Below are positions 46,601 through 60,234 of a DNA stretch of 64,000 nucleotides, in pieces. The DNA comes from Amoebophrya sp. A120. Taxonomy: Eukaryota; Protista; Dinoflagellata. A program made the translations under genes and the position numbers. The stretch is taken from positions 519,309-583,308 of the forward strand of contig CAJINV010000015.1 in assembly GCA_905178155.1 (NCBI GenBank). The letters are read 5' to 3'. The first letter of the stretch is position 1, and each line of letters begins with the position of its first letter. The notes below the pieces were generated by a model. The model made no database searches. It worked only from the letters and a program-made list of their open reading frames with translations, and was not told where the DNA came from.

Positions 46601-49600
46601 CATACTGAGGCTTTCATAACCTTCCCGACATACTCGTTGTAATTCTTCGGCGAGTAAAGCTCGTGGATGGTTTTGTTGAAGAGATGTTGCTATCCCGTGC
46701 AGAAGTTGTATCGTACTCGTACTAAAACCAATAATTGCGTTTATGCATTACAAGTCATTTTCTTAAGGCAAATCCGCATTACAAACTTCATTTTTAATGC
46801 GAAGTCAATTTGTAATGCAATTTCCACTAGTACGATATTTTTGCAATACATAGTTGCAACTCCTGCTTCCTCTTTATCGTCGTTTCGTACAGCAGCCAGT
46901 CCCGGCCGTAGAAAGAATTATCCTGAGTAAAAACGTCCCCACACCAGAGCTGTAATGCAGATTTGCAAAGACAGGAAGACTTGTAATGCGCACCCCTATG
47001 AGAGCCAATTACAGTCGTGCTTTGGAATTTGTGATGCTGTGAACAGGATGAGCAGATGAATCTGTGATGCGACTGCACTTGCTAACCTGCACTACACTGC
47101 GGAGTGCAACTTGTCATGCGTGACTCACAAAACTCCTAGGTTTGTGTTGCGAAATCCCCATCCTGACTCTGGTGTGGGGACGTTTTTACTCAGGATAAGA
47201 ATCGTAGAAAAAAACGTACCGCTCCGCCGTTTTCTGGAAGAGATTCGCGACATAGAGAGGGAGAAGCTGAAGCGGGGCCCCCTGCTGTTGTTGCTTACGA
47301 TCTGTTTGCTGAGAAGATGGTTTGAAGTCTTCTATCTTTGTCAGTGCACTTCTGGTCGTGGTAGTTTTTGATGATGACGACGTTGTTGACGGAACAGTTT
47401 TTACAGTCGGCATTTCAGCAACAGCTTGCTCTCTCTGTGCTGTCTCCTCCAGCAACCCGCGGACTTGTGCGAAATCCTCGAGCAAGGTCGGTCCTGCTCT
47501 TGCTGAAGGTGATTCTGTTCTTTCTGTTTGTCTTCCCGCAGGTGAAGACTTTTCCCGCTCAAAGCCGAGGCTCTCCACCTTCTCGTACTTGTCCAAAAGG
47601 AACAGAAAAAACCCAACATCCACTGCTGTTGCAAAATCTCGTCGTCGTTGATAATTTTTCAGGGTTGCCTCAGCGTCCCTTGTCGACTGTCTTTCTCCGG
47701 TATTGATGTTCTCTCCTTGCGTTGTAGTTGTGCGTGGGCTCTGAACACGCGTAAATTGGAAAACGATCTTCCGTCTTGCGACATTAGATCCTGACGCAGG
47801 AGCAACAGCTCCTGCAGGAGCAGCACGGCTACTGCTAGTTGTCGTGCCAGTTACAGGAACTTCTACCACTTTCATCTCCAATCTGTCTTGCAGCCATGTG
47901 CTCCCGAACCCCGTCATCAATTGCTCTCGTCGCTGGATTCGAAAGCTCCACCCCATCCAATTCGAGTTCTTGTCGGTGACGGCAATCCGTTCCTTGCTGG
48001 TATTGCCATTCAGCGCTGTTTTGTCGTACTCGGATTCCCAACCGACGTATCAAAAGGAAAAATCCCCCCTCCCCATATCGAAATGCAATTCTGTGATGCG
48101 GGATATGTGTACACAAATCGGCTTTGTCTTGCAGTACAAGACCACAACCAGGCACAAAGCCGGAGTAGGGGCGTTCTGGTGTAGGCGCCTTGCAAGGGAG
48201 GCATGTCCTCCGTAGGCCATACAGCATTACAAGTGACCTGCAGAATGCGGCGGAGTTTTTGGATTTGCCTTCTTGCAATACAGGGCCGATTTGTAGTCTC
48301 AAATCGGCAACACAAATTTTCAGAAGTATCCCGCTTTGATATGGGACGGGGGGATTTTTCCTCACAATACGACGCAGTCCATCAACTGTACCAGCAAATG
48401 CGTGATGAAGGGATTGCTCCAGTCGGCAGAGTATGCTGTGGAAAAGTATCGCACTCGTAGTAATCGCATGTATGCATGACAAATCTCTTTTTCAAGGTAA
48501 ATCAGCATGAGAAATTCCATTTGTCACGCTGAGCAAATTTGTGATGCGATTACTACTAGTACGTCGATGCGTTTGCAAGTCATACAGAGTAATTGAAAAA
48601 CGACTGAGATTCCAAGAGGTTTTTCGCGTAGAAGTTTCCGAGAAACAAGGACAAAAAAACGTCCCGTGATTTCAAATATTCGTCCGACTTCATCGCTTCC
48701 CGGCCCTTGTGCTGCAGGTTCTCCGAAAGCGCGATCACTTGAATCAGCGACCGCAGCACCGGGCATTGCTCGCGCTTAAACTGCTCGTAGAAGGATCTCT
48801 GCTTGTATCCAGGAAAAAAACACCCATGCCCATCCAATTTGTCATGCAAAACGTGCATAAGTTCCACTATTTGCCATGCAAAAAATGGATGGGGATGGGT
48901 GTTTTTTCCTGAATAGCTCCCCCCGGAGCCACAGAATCTTCGTACAGAAGGTGGCGTTCAGGCTGTCGAGCGAGGTAACTATCCACAGTAAAATTCCCGT
49001 ACACGACGTACAAAAAAAAATGCAGTCTCTGCATGACAAAACTTGCCTTCCATCCTAGTCTAGCAAGACAAGTTGCACACTGCAAGTTAGCAGAATTTGT
49101 CATGCATTTTGTACATGTACGGGAAATTTACATTGCATAGTCACTTGCTGGTGCGCATGCTCGGTCCAGAAGTGAAAGCTTGATGATGCAGCTTGAGCTT
49201 GAGGTTCAAACAAATGTCCATCACCAACATCGTGTGGTGCTCCTGTCGACAAGACCTTGTGATTGAAAGCCAGCCGGGTATTTTCGGCGATCCGTTGCTG
49301 CACTGCGTAGGAATCGTTGACGTAGGCAACGTAGTTCTCGTGCTCGTCATCTACTCCGATAGAAGAACTTCTACCTGGCGATGATGTTGCAAGAGCACTA
49401 ATGTCGCGTGATGGTCGTTCGATAGTAACTGCATCAGAACTACTGCTTCCTGCACCAAGAAAGTCCTCCTTTATCCGCACTATCGCATGTTCCGCTTCTC
49501 CATGGAAATCCGGGAACCACATCGGGAGCAGAGACCGCATGCACAGGAACAGGGCGGGGTACCGCTGCAGAATGGACTTTTCGCACCCAAAATCATCGGG

Positions 49601-49663
49601 CCAGGGGAGGGAAGGGAGAAACTTCGTATTTTTACTGGAAGAAGATGCTGGTGGTGAGGCCAT
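43638..49663 (-). CDS. Large protein with C-terminal class I SAM-dependent methyltransferase-like domain, 10 introner introns
   Basis: YWESRYVSGGDSGKGSYG, VLELGVGDGNQ|L, YVGVDVS, ISMDVVYHLVED, LFNSAK|QFVII...HVRHR; N-terminal part unassigned and not every 5' junction was traced; 3' end approximate. Confidence 0.7.
43816..43995. mobile_element. Introner family A (degenerate)
   Basis: TSD ggtcc. Confidence 0.75.
44092..45214. mobile_element. Introner family F with nested ~940-bp insert
   Basis: TSD cttga/cttgg; restores LFNSAK|QFVII. Confidence 0.8.
44235..45174 (+). mobile_element. Non-autonomous Helitron/Helentron-like insert
   Basis: 5' TCTAATAACTATAA, subterminal inverted repeats, 3' hairpin CCCCACGAC-GCA-GTCGTGGGG (45139-45159), internal CTTC(A/T)GAAG palindrome array. 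Confidence 0.55.
45726..45881. mobile_element. Introner family A
   Basis: TSD gctgg. Confidence 0.85.
46309..46618. mobile_element. Introner family C variant
   Basis: TIR TATGAAAGCCTCAG, TSD acctt. Confidence 0.85.
46691..46852. mobile_element. Introner family A
   Basis: TSD gttgc. Confidence 0.85.
46919..47197. mobile_element. Introner family G
   Basis: Perfect ~30-bp TIR, TSD agaat. Confidence 0.92.
48048..48369. mobile_element. Introner (G-like variant)
   Basis: TSD cgacg. Confidence 0.8.
48432..48584. mobile_element. Introner family A
   Basis: TSD cagag. Confidence 0.85.
48806..48915. mobile_element. Introner family B
   Basis: TSD gcttg/gctcc. Confidence 0.85.
48980..49139. mobile_element. 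Introner family I
   Basis: TSD gtaac/gtcac. Confidence 0.85.
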
Positions 49664-50603
49664 TTTGTTGCTGAAATGATGTTCTTACTTGGCTGGCAGT
49701 AAAAATAAAGTTGCGATCTCCTAGAAGGCCTGCACCAAGGTCACGCCCTCTCTGTCCTTTTCGAAACACCACTGCACAGACAGAGGAAACAGATCTGATC
49801 GATTCCAAGCGCTAAACAAAAGGAAAAGATAGAAGTGGCGTATAAATAGAAAGGATCATGGCACTACCGTCTTCGAAAAATTCATCTCTCCAGTGGAAGG
49901 TGGGCCAGCTCCTCTCAAACCACGCAAGTTGCGGATTCTCTCAGAAAAAAACCAAAAATGGGGAGAAACAAAAACAAATCATCTAAAGAGGATCTTCGCA
50001 AAAACAAAAGGACAACACGAAACAAAAGGTGGACGTGGACTGCTGAAGTAGATCACCATGAAAAAATAGCAGATAATACCATCCAGAACCAGATTCACCA
50101 CCTGCATACAGACAGCGGGCAACGACGATCGAGCCCGAATACACAACCAGGACAAGAAATCCGATCATACGTAAGAGCAACCGACTTAAATAATTTGCAA
50201 GAACTCGGATAGTAAGGAACTCAGTGGCGGCGGTACCAACCACTCGTGGCCGACCGCCTCCTTGTGAGAAGAGACAGAACACTTGACGATGCCTGCGGGC
50301 TGCAAATCCAAATCCATCGAGAGCTGCTATGCTCGAGGCAAAGACAGCGAGCGTCGATTCAAGTATCATTTTTCCCCTGGTGCAGTAGATGTATATACGC
50401 GAAGACACTTGATTTGGAAAGTCCCGAGACGGTAAGCTGCAGGCGCGTTCATCATGTCTCTATCCTATCAGAATTTTCGTTCATCATTTCTCAACGTGTA
50501 GAGTTGCAATACTTTGCAATCGAGTTGAGGCATAATGTCTTCAACATCTTCATGCAAACATCCCGTCGACCGCTCCCACTTCGCCATGAAGTAGTGGTTG
50601 TTT

Positions 50604-52908
50604 CTAATACTTCCACAATTTGTCGACTTTTTTCCCACTGGTCGCGCTCTTTTTGGCCAATTTCTCGAGCCACTCTGGCACCTCCTGGCCGGCTTCTTTC
50701 GCGATCTTGACCAAAGCCGGCGAGCACTGCATATCGTAATCGGAGTTGACAAAGGTAATAGAAGTTCCATTATTCCCCGCCCTCCCCGTCCGGCCGATCC
50801 GGTGGATGTAGGACTCGACATCTCGGGCCATGTCGTAGTTAATGACGTGCGTGACGTCCTTGATGTCCAAGCCGCGGGCGCAGACATCCGTCCCGAATAA
50901 GAGTTTTGTTTTGTTTTCCTTGAATTCTTTCAGGGACTTATCCCGGTCCTGCTGCGTCTGGTCGCCGGACAGCACATATCCTGTGCAAAAGTACCGTACT
51001 CGTAGTAATCGCAATTATGCATCACAAATCTACTTGCTTCTAAGGTCAATCCGCATTGCAAATTTGATTTGTAATGCTGAGCCAATTTGTATTGCGATTT
51101 ATACTAGTACGATACTTCTGCAATGCATAGCACACTGCACTGGTATCCGCTCGCCCAGACGTCCTGCGAAAGCTTCTGGACCCTGCGTTTCGTGTTGGCA
51201 AAAACGATGGTCTTGTCGGAGTCCTTCAACTGATCCAGCAGCTTCCACAACTTCCCGTCCTTTACATCGTCAGACAGCTCGTAAAACTCCTGTTTTACCG
51301 CTTTGTTCGCGGCTAAGTCGTCGGTTTCGCCCACGTTGATCTGGTAGGTGACTTTCTTAACTGATGAACAACTTCCTTCAACATTTTGTTTTTCCTCCTC
51401 CCTCACCAGGTAGTCGTTTTGCAACAGAAGTTTTTTCATTGCCTTTGGCCAGGTTGCGGAGAAAAGCAGGGTCTGGCGGTCGGAGGATTTCGGTAATTCC
51501 TTCACAATCTCCTTCATCTGGGGCTCGAATCCCATCTCCAACATCCGATCCGCCTCGTCGATGGCCAGACAGGCAACACTGCTTAATTTCACACTACCAT
51601 CCTTCATGTGGTCACACAGTCGGCCCGGGGTCGCGGTTAAAACCAAAAGATTCTTGCTCTCCTTCAGCTGTTTCTGCTGCGGAAACTTCGGCACGCCGCC
51701 GTAGATCAAACAGCACGCAGTTGCACTTCTAGTACGATCTTCGGTAGCCTTAGTTCCAGTCGCAAACTTCCCCAAAAACCGCCTCGCGTCCTTGTCGATC
51801 TGCGTTGCCAACTCCCGCGTTGGCGCCAGGACGAGCAGCTTCGGACCATTTCCGATAGAAGAGTCAGTTTTCGAAGATGACTGCAAAATTTTCTCAAAAC
51901 AGGGTAACAGAAACGCCAGCGTTTTTCCCGAACCCGTCTTCTATCAAGTGTAAAAATGTCTGGGTCTGGAAACTTGTGATGCTGGGTGGCGTATCATAAG
52001 GAGGCCACAGGTGCTGGCTCAACATGACAAGTTTCTGAGCTTCTATATGATGCCTATTCTGCATGACAAACTGCGTTTTTGCATGACAGAAAAGTGGGGC
52101 TCTTGAGTAACGTGCATGACAGATTTAAGAGTCATGCCGGACAAGCATGACAAAGCTGCATTCTTCCAGACCCAGACATTTTTACATTTCATATCTTTGC
52201 CACGGCGACCAAATCGTGCCCCTCTTTCGCGATCGGCCAAACCTGAGCTTGAATGGGCGTGGGAGTGGTGAACCCGCCGGCAAGCAACTCCTTGTGGACT
52301 TCCGGCCCGAAAAGCGACTCTTCGAAGTGCTCGGAGGGGGGGAAAGCCTCGATCAATTGAGCCGGTTGTTGTTCCGCTGATGGTTTCTTCTCTTGCTGTT
52401 CCGTAGCGAAGAGTTGAAACTTGGTCACGCGGATTTGGTGTTTCGCCCGGAATTGTTTTGCTTTTTCCAGAGTAGCCGGGTCGATTTTATTTGCGCAACT
52501 CGTAGTAGCCACTGCTTGATGGCTTATAGCAACTTCGACCTCCGCATTATTTTCTTTTTCGCCCTTGCTTTTCTTCTTTTTTTTCTTCTTTTCCGGCTTG
52601 TCCTCGGAAGTAGATTCTTTCACTGTATTCAGGCTGCTCTCCGCCTCCGCGCCGTCCGCCGGCGAAGTAGTCGTGGTGTCTTCCGAGCTTGGGCTCGGAG
52701 CGGAGCAGAACGGAAGTTCATCTGCTTCTGCTGTACTTTCTGTTTTTTTGCTCTTCTTCTTTTTCTTCTTGGCGGGAGCAAGAAGTTCAGCTGTGTTGTT
52801 TTCGTTACATGCGGTAGTTTCTACTTTCCCGACAGGCGCCTCCTCCTGCTCTGCCGCTCGCTGCCGCTTCATTTTTTTCTTCGAGATCTTTTCTACTTCG
52901 ATCGTCAT
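50604..52908 (-). CDS. DEAD-box RNA helicase (Dbp2/Dbp3-like, Lys-rich N-terminus)
   Basis: Q motif [11 protein letters not shown]|[37 protein letters not shown]; 2 introners. Confidence 0.92.
50977..51129. mobile_element. Introner family A
   Basis: TSD gcaca. Confidence 0.9.
51942..52193. mobile_element. Introner family E
   Basis: TSD tcttc/tcttt; restores AKTGSGKT. Confidence 0.92.
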
Positions 52909-53549
52909 GATAGATGCAGGCAGTGTGTAAAACAGATATGTATGCACCACCAAAGACAAAAAATCCACAATCTACCTGTGACTGAAAATAAATGGAAAAC
53001 GGTGATGGAGATTATCCGTTCACTTGAATCTGGTGTCTATACTCCGTTTTTCACTCGGCAACAGATATTTTTCTTTGATCGATCTTGTGATTTGTTTTTC
53101 ATTTCATCTGTAGGACCCCGTCTGAAACTTGGCATATCCATGAAGATCCTTTGATTTTACCACCTGGATTGGTTTTGGTAGTCTAGTGCCCAAAATTTCT
53201 ATGTGAGAGAATTTGCACCAGATGATCACTTTTTTTCTGTCATGATCCACAAATGAATCCACGAAGAAAGATCGTCGCTGACAGGAATTACTTATATTTC
53301 TGGAGGTACACATCCGTTTTATTCATGATGTTCTTTCACCAGCAGGACAGGCGACGAACTCTTGTAGATCTCCATCCATCTCATCTGGTCAAATTGAGCA
53401 GGGAGCTACGGGAGGAGGAGCTAATGGACCTTGTCCTTGCTTGCAATATCATTCCCCAAACAAAATACTGCTTGATTTCCAGCTGTACGATGCAATAGAG
53501 ATGGGGGTTTTGATTTCGGCGTCGTCGGTCTGCATTTTGACAAATCTGT

Positions 53550-56500
53550 CTAGTCCACACTTACTCCCTTCGGCACTGCCCCCGTCCGATCGTACCCGAG
53601 AAAATTATCGGTGTAGCCAGTGATCCTGGCGACAGGTGGACCACTCGACGTCCCGGCCGCGACAGTGGATGAAATTCCGCCTGTAGCTTCCTATCACAGG
53701 AAAAAGTGTTTAACGTTAACGGAATTTGTGATGCTAAAACAACCGCACCGACATTGCCATTGTCCAGCGTAGCTTTGGAGGCAAGCCTCCGCAGGTGCTG
53801 GAACGGAATTTGTGATGCAGTAACGCACGACAAAACGTGCCCAAATTTGTCATGCATAGCATGCATGCTAGGAACAATTTGCCAAGCGCATGCATATTTG
53901 GAATCTATGAGAACCGTTAACGTTAACACTTTTTCTTGTGATACTTCCTCCACCTGCTTCATCAGTCTCCGGTCGAAACCGTTTGTCGCTTCGTAGAACT
54001 CAATCAAGCTGACTACCCCGTTGGCCGCCCGTGCGAGGTCGATGAGCAGGAACGCGAAGATAAGCTGCGCCAGCGCGAGGGGTGTCAGGTGCGGGAAGAG
54101 GATTACCCGGAGAAATTTCGCAAACAAATTCCAGGCCTTCTTGAAGAACGAGTTCGAAGTAGAAGTTCTGGACGAAGAGGGCTGTAGTTTCGACGCAGCG
54201 ACGGCAGCAGCAGAAGCAGTTCTTGACCTCTTTTCGTCTTCTGCGTGCGTTGTATCCGTTCCTTTTTCAATTTCATCTTCTTGCTGCTCAGCGTCATCTG
54301 CGTTTTTACTTAGAGGAGTTCCCTCAGTTGATGTTGACGTCGTGTCAGCATCTTTGGTCGTCGTACCAACTACATGCTCTGCTCTTTGCAATGCTCCTGT
54401 TCCCCGGGCGGTCTCTTCGTCCTCTTGTTTCTCGACGTCGGCTGCAGCGCCAACCTCTCCGCCGGCGGTCACCACCACCGCCGTCGCTTTTCTACTTGCG
54501 CGGCGGTGGCCTCTCGTGCCGCGCAGCGGGTGATGTCCGGGGTGAAAGTTCTGGTTATTTTTTCTACGTTCCAGGACCACTTCTACCTCGTGCTCCAGAA
54601 AGGACGCCTCGGCGGTCGAGGATGCGTTTCGAGGATGTTGTGTGGGATGAACATCGCCGCTTTTCACTTCCTCTGTGCGGAAAAAAAACATGTCCTTGTC
54701 TACTGCACCGTCATCCTCGGCGAACAGCGGCGGGAATAAAAACCAGCAGCTTCGCTCCAACTCGTTTTTTTTGTAGTTCCCGCAAAAATCTTTCCGCTGC
54801 AGCAGGTCCGCACCGCCGAAAAAGACCACGATGAAAATCGTGTGCCGCAAGAACCGCTTGCAGTGTCGTTGTCCTCTTTGCAAGGCCTCGACATCGGTGC
54901 TGAGTTTCATCCGCTTGCTCTCTTCCTTCAGTGTTTTTTTACGCACTTCTTTGTACTCCCCCTCCATCTTCGACACAAACCGCCTCTGGACGATCGCTAC
55001 GGCGAGGTAGGGCGAGAGGAAGAGTAGGTGGAGGAGATAGAGGGGAAAACGGACGAGGAAGCTCAAGGCCGCGAAGAGTGCGTATATCCACAGGAAATTT
55101 CCTGCACATGTACAAAATGCATCACAAATATTGCCAGCCTTCTAGCGCAAGTTGTCACTACTTGTCATGCTAACTAGTATCGAGCGCAAGCTTTGTCATG
55201 CAGGCACCGCATTTGTACTTACGTGTGCGGGATAAAATTTCCTGTGAATAGCATACACGACCAGCACCAAAGTAAATTCCCATGTTTTCCAAGGTGCAAG
55301 GAAAAAAGCTGTGTACTGTGCGAGTCTGTATATGCAAAGCATGCAACACAGTATACACTTGTCATGCGAGCCAGTCACGCAGCCTGTCATGCAGAACATC
55401 AAACAAAACTTAAACTTGTGATGCTGTCACTGCAAGACAGCTACACTAGCAGCACAGTCAGAAGTTTTTGTTCTTCGATATCCAGCAGAGAAAAGATTCC
55501 TGCTTCTCGTTCAAAATCACCAAGGAATGAGCACCTCGAGATCCCAGCCCGGCGGACTGATTTTTCATGTGAATAGCAATAGGGGAGAGAACGGTTTTTT
55601 TGTTTGCTTGTTTGAGTGAAAAGCTAGGTTTTTTTCATTTCTTTTCTTGCTGTATTTCCAAATTTTTTTCTTTTCGTCACCCAATTGTCATGCCATCATG
55701 AAGCTTGATTCTATACCACTCTGGAGCGCCGCGCCTCTTGCGGATCCTCCTCGACATCATCACTCGCAGCTGCAATTGCGGGCTCAGAACTCGACGACCT
55801 AACTGCGCCGAACAAACCCTGAGCAGTCGTGGAAGATGAAGATTCTTGGTCCACTCCCGGCGCCCCGTCTTCGTCGAGCAGAGTATTGCCCCCTAACCCG
55901 CACTTGTTTTCTTCGCGCACAAGAAACGCCAAAGTGCTATCCAGGAAAAAACATCCATCCCCATCCATTTTCTGCATGACAAAGACAGGACTTTATGCAT
56001 GTTTTGCATGACAAATTGGATGGGGATGGGTCTTTTTTTGTGGATAAGTGCAGAAGTAATACCAGAGGAAGTAACCACTGCCGAGTAAAGAGACGATGCC
56101 GACGCAACATAGAAAGTACAGAGCACACTCACTGTGCTCGATTTGCACGACCGCGGCGGTTCCAGCAGAGTATACTGTTGGATAAGATGTCGAGCTAGCG
56201 TCGTCTTCTACAACTCCTCCTCCTTCGGTTCTTGTTGTACTGCCGGTCGTGCTGGACAACTTTGACGCGGCGACTACTTTTCCGTACGACCACAGTTGGA
56301 AAATTCCGAACAAACCGAACGCAATATGAATGTGCACAATTCATCCCCCTCCCCCTCATTTGTATTGCATGAACAGCAATACCAACACCCGCACATGCGG
56401 ACCCTGTGCATGACAGGTTCATTCGCGTAGTTTAGTACTGCTTGGGCTTCTGCAGGAATCTGTCATGCAAACAGTACCACACGGCAGCGCTTCGACTTGG

Positions 56501-57045
56501 TATTTTGCATGACAAATGAGCGGGAGGGGGAGTTGTGCACTGTCACACGCAATCCCCAGCCAGTAGAAGTGCGCGGAGAACATCAGCCGGGGCGGCTTCT
56601 CCGCGACCTTGCGCGCGCGCAAGATCCAGTATCCGGAAAATGTGGCGACAACCGCGATGGCGAAAGAGGATCCGATGGTACCGATGCAGGTGTTATCCTG
56701 TGCAGAAGTATCGTACTCGTAGTAATCGCGTTTATGCATGACAAATCTCTTTTAGAAGGTAAATCAGCATGAGAAATTCCACTTGTCATGCTGATCAAAT
56801 TTGTAATGCGAGTACTACTAGCTAGCACGATGCTTTTGCATTTCATAGGTGTCCGTGGCGTTTTTGGAGGGAAAGATGGTTGCGTCGAGGTGAAAGCGCA
56901 ACAGCGAGGTCTCGTCGACGATATAATTGATGTGATTGAACACATCCTGGACAATGTTCTTGTTGGGAGAGCCTTTATCATGTGTTGTCAGGCCACCTCG
57001 CATTCCGTCCCTTGGTAGCTGCACTTCTCCACCTCCTTCACTCAT
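53550..57045 (-). CDS. Multi-pass membrane hypothetical protein, >=6 introner introns
   Basis: Hydrophobic exons join in frame across 56694, 56325, 55938, 55085 and 53692 elements; 55330-55715 only partly resolved. Confidence 0.55.
53692..53943. mobile_element. Introner family F (internally expanded)
   Basis: TSD cttcc. Confidence 0.85.
55085..55250. mobile_element. Introner family I
   Basis: TSD gcgta/gcata. Confidence 0.85.
55938..56046. mobile_element. Introner family B
   Basis: TSD agtgc. Confidence 0.9.
56325..56547. mobile_element. Introner family H
   Basis: TSD cgcaa. Confidence 0.9.
56694..56847. mobile_element. Introner family A
   Basis: TSD ggtgt. Confidence 0.9.
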
Positions 57046-57947
57046 GATTTTTCGTGGCGAAAAGTAAAAAGCTTCTGTTTCTTCTTCAGTAGATTTTCAG
57101 TTTTGCCCTGGCGGGAGCAGCCGCAGCAGCTAACGCTAAGTAGCGCTATCGCTGAAATAAAACTACTTCTAACACACAGACACAGGGACAGGACAGAGGA
57201 TATTACAGACAAATGCACTATTCTTGTCTTGCTTGGACTTTCATCGACACTTCTGGTGTTGTCCTTGTCTTCAAACAGGTTCTAGGACAATGAAAAAGCA
57301 GCATATATAGCACCTTGCACTTCATCCCCAATCTTTCCAGTTCATCCCCCGGCGGGCGCTTTTACGCTACTTACCGAAACTTGTTCACCCGCCTGAAACG
57401 CAACGACAAAACGACACAACGATCACGATGGACGAATTTCTTCCGATATTGCAACAATTCGCGATCGATTTTAAAACCAATTTGTGCGAAAGAAGCGTCT
57501 ACCAAAGCCGACACTGTTACTCGAGTTCGACGATAGATAAAAGCCGTTTTACTATTTGTAACTCAAGCCCTTGCGAAACTTTTAGAATTCTTGGATGTTC
57601 TTTCATTTTGTCGAAGCCGTCCCTTGGTGCAGCAGCTAAAGATTGCCCAGAACACTTCCGCACTGCTTGTTGCGCTCTTGGCGTAAAGCGTGTGCCCATG
57701 CCTGTCCGTCGGAAGCAGGTGGAGCCTCATTGTTGTACTTATGGAGGACCCTGATGCTTTTGTATGTGGTATTCGATTGACTGATCTGCTGACTCTGTGT
57801 CGCACTGCGGAGTAGTAGTTTCTTGGGAATCTGTATCTGCCATGCTGTGCGTTCATCACTATGAAAGAATTACAATTTATTATGTCGCGTAGTTTAGTAT
57901 ACTCATATTCCCAAGCGACACGACCGTGGTCGTCGTGGTCCTACTTT

Positions 57948-60234
57948 TTACCTATTCTCACTCTGCTGCCCGGCACCATGAGCATGTTCCTCCTTATTTT
58001 CCATCTCGATAATGATCACCGGCCCGAAATTTCGCAGCACCGGTTTTTTCTGGCCGGAACACATACTGTGGTCAGCATCGTCGTCGTCACAAAACTGGTG
58101 TTCCGCATCGAACATCCACTCCACCACCGAAAACGCGTACTTCTTGTGCGCTATGGCGCTTGCGTTCGCTGCGTTGAAGTTCACCCGCAAGTGCCATTTG
58201 ACGGACTGATTCGGGTGGAGTTTGATCGGAATCCCAATGCCATTGGCCGGCGTGGCAGTAGAAATTGCAGCATTCTTTTTTACACCGGGAGCGCCGTCGT
58301 TCTCCGGAATCGGCGTCTCCTTCACATTTGTTTCCTTGTGGTTCTGGTACTTCGTCGACACGACTCCCTCAGACAGCAAGGTGACAAACGGTGCGGCGTT
58401 CTTTCCGCCTTCTCCCGTGTCGTCGTTGTGAACGTGCGGCACGGCGAAGTCGTGGGTCAAGTGAAGCTTGTGATCGTGTAGATGCGTGTCCAATTTGTCG
58501 ACTTCCCCGTGCGTGAAACTCAAATCCCGCCCGAAAACGCCGTGGTGTTCCCGCGCTTGCTTATCGTGCAAGTAGTCGTGGTGGAGATTATGGGAGTAAA
58601 ACACATCGTCGTCGTGGTCCACGTCGTTATCCTCGTAGAGTTTCTCCTGCACCGCGGTTTTGCCGTCGTGCAGGTCGTAATCCCCGACTCGGTGGTGCAT
58701 CAGCAAATCGTGCGGGATCTTCTTCATTCCGCGCGTGTCGTCGTAGAAGGGAGTGGAGGTGTCATCATTTATTTCACCTCCTGGTGGTAACCCGTCTGGG
58801 TGCTTCTTCAACAACTCCTCCTCATCATGCAAAATCTCGTGGTGAAAGTAACTGTCAGCGAGTTCTCGGAGCATAATGTGGTCGGAAATTTCCCAGGGCT
58901 GGTTACCCTGATTTATCATCTCCAACGTGAAGTAGAGGACCGAGGACTTCCCCTGCTCCGACGTCGTCGCACTCGTCGCACCATATTTCCCGATACTGAT
59001 CCCCCGATACCCGTGGACATTTAAATTTCTCGGAGGTAATAACATCTTCGCGTTCGACTTTCTCGTATCTAGCTGTACAAAGACCCGGCTGCGCATCTTC
59101 CTTCGGAAATCCAAGTCGGACGGCATTTCGTCTTCCCAGGTGATCGGCAATTTCATCAGATTGGTCTCCTTCGGGTGCGGGTGGTCCGATAAATGCTTCG
59201 GGCTTTCTTCGGAAGTGGATTTGTAAGGAATTATGGCCCCGTTGTCGCGATGACCTACAGAGGCAGGAGATGATGCGCTCGTTCCACCTGCTGCGCGGAG
59301 GTCTTCATCCGCTGCAACTGCGGCGCCGCTGTCCATCCCGCCATTCTCCATGTGCAGAATGTCCCGCCATTTGTCCAAATCATTCTCGATTTCGTCTTCT
59401 ACCCATTCTAGTGTGTGCTGCATATACCCGTTTTCGCTGATGATCCCAACCTCTTCGGCCAAGTACTTGCTGAAGAAGTGCTTGTTGTGCCGTCCGAAAA
59501 TCCCGTTCTTCGACAGAGTGTTGACGATGAACAGGACGATAAAAATAAACAGCAACCCGCCGCAGAGGGGCACGAGGGATTGCTTTAGGATATTTTCTTC
59601 CTCCCCGTCTACATCAGCATGGGTGATGTACTTTCTGCGGTCTTTGTATGGAAGCGTCAGGATCGAAATCGTCAAAGTTGAAATCATGATTTGTCATGCA
59701 TAAAATGCAAGGCAAAAAAGACTGTATTGCAGAGGACACAATGGAGGCCGACTATTGTCCTGCTAGGGGTGAAGAATTGGGCTGCTGATTAGCACGACAG
59801 AAGGGCACCCCTTTGGCTAACTAGCATGACAGACACGCTTTGAGTGCCCGGGAAATTTGTCATGCGCGGACTACAAATGGCGCTGCAACTGGTATCCATT
59901 TTAAGCATGACAAACCATTTCCACTTTGAGGATTTCCAACCTGAGGCTTTCATACTTTGTTTGTATTTGGCGCACTTGTCGGGTCGATCAGCTCGATGCC
60001 ATCCGGCTGTTCTAAGTACCGTGGGCCGCCCCGGGTAGTTGAAGAGGAACTGGGGGAAGATCCTGCTGCAATGATTCCTCGCCCATGTTGATAAGGACCA
60101 CCTGCAGAAGATTGGTGTGCTGGGCCAGTCGCAACGTTGTCCTTATAAGGGGACGGCGGTGGCGCTTCTTCGTCATAATGATCTTGCATGTGCTGCAAGT
60201 GGTTCCGAAGCGTTTGGTCCGCGGGAATGGCCAT
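57948..60234 (-). CDS. Single-pass membrane His/Asp-rich hypothetical protein
   Basis: MAIPADQ...PNTNK|DRRKY joins the 579-aa ORF across introner 59647-59954; TM LCGGLLFIFIVLFIV. Confidence 0.65.
59647..59954. mobile_element. Introner family C
   Basis: TSD ctttg. Confidence 0.85.
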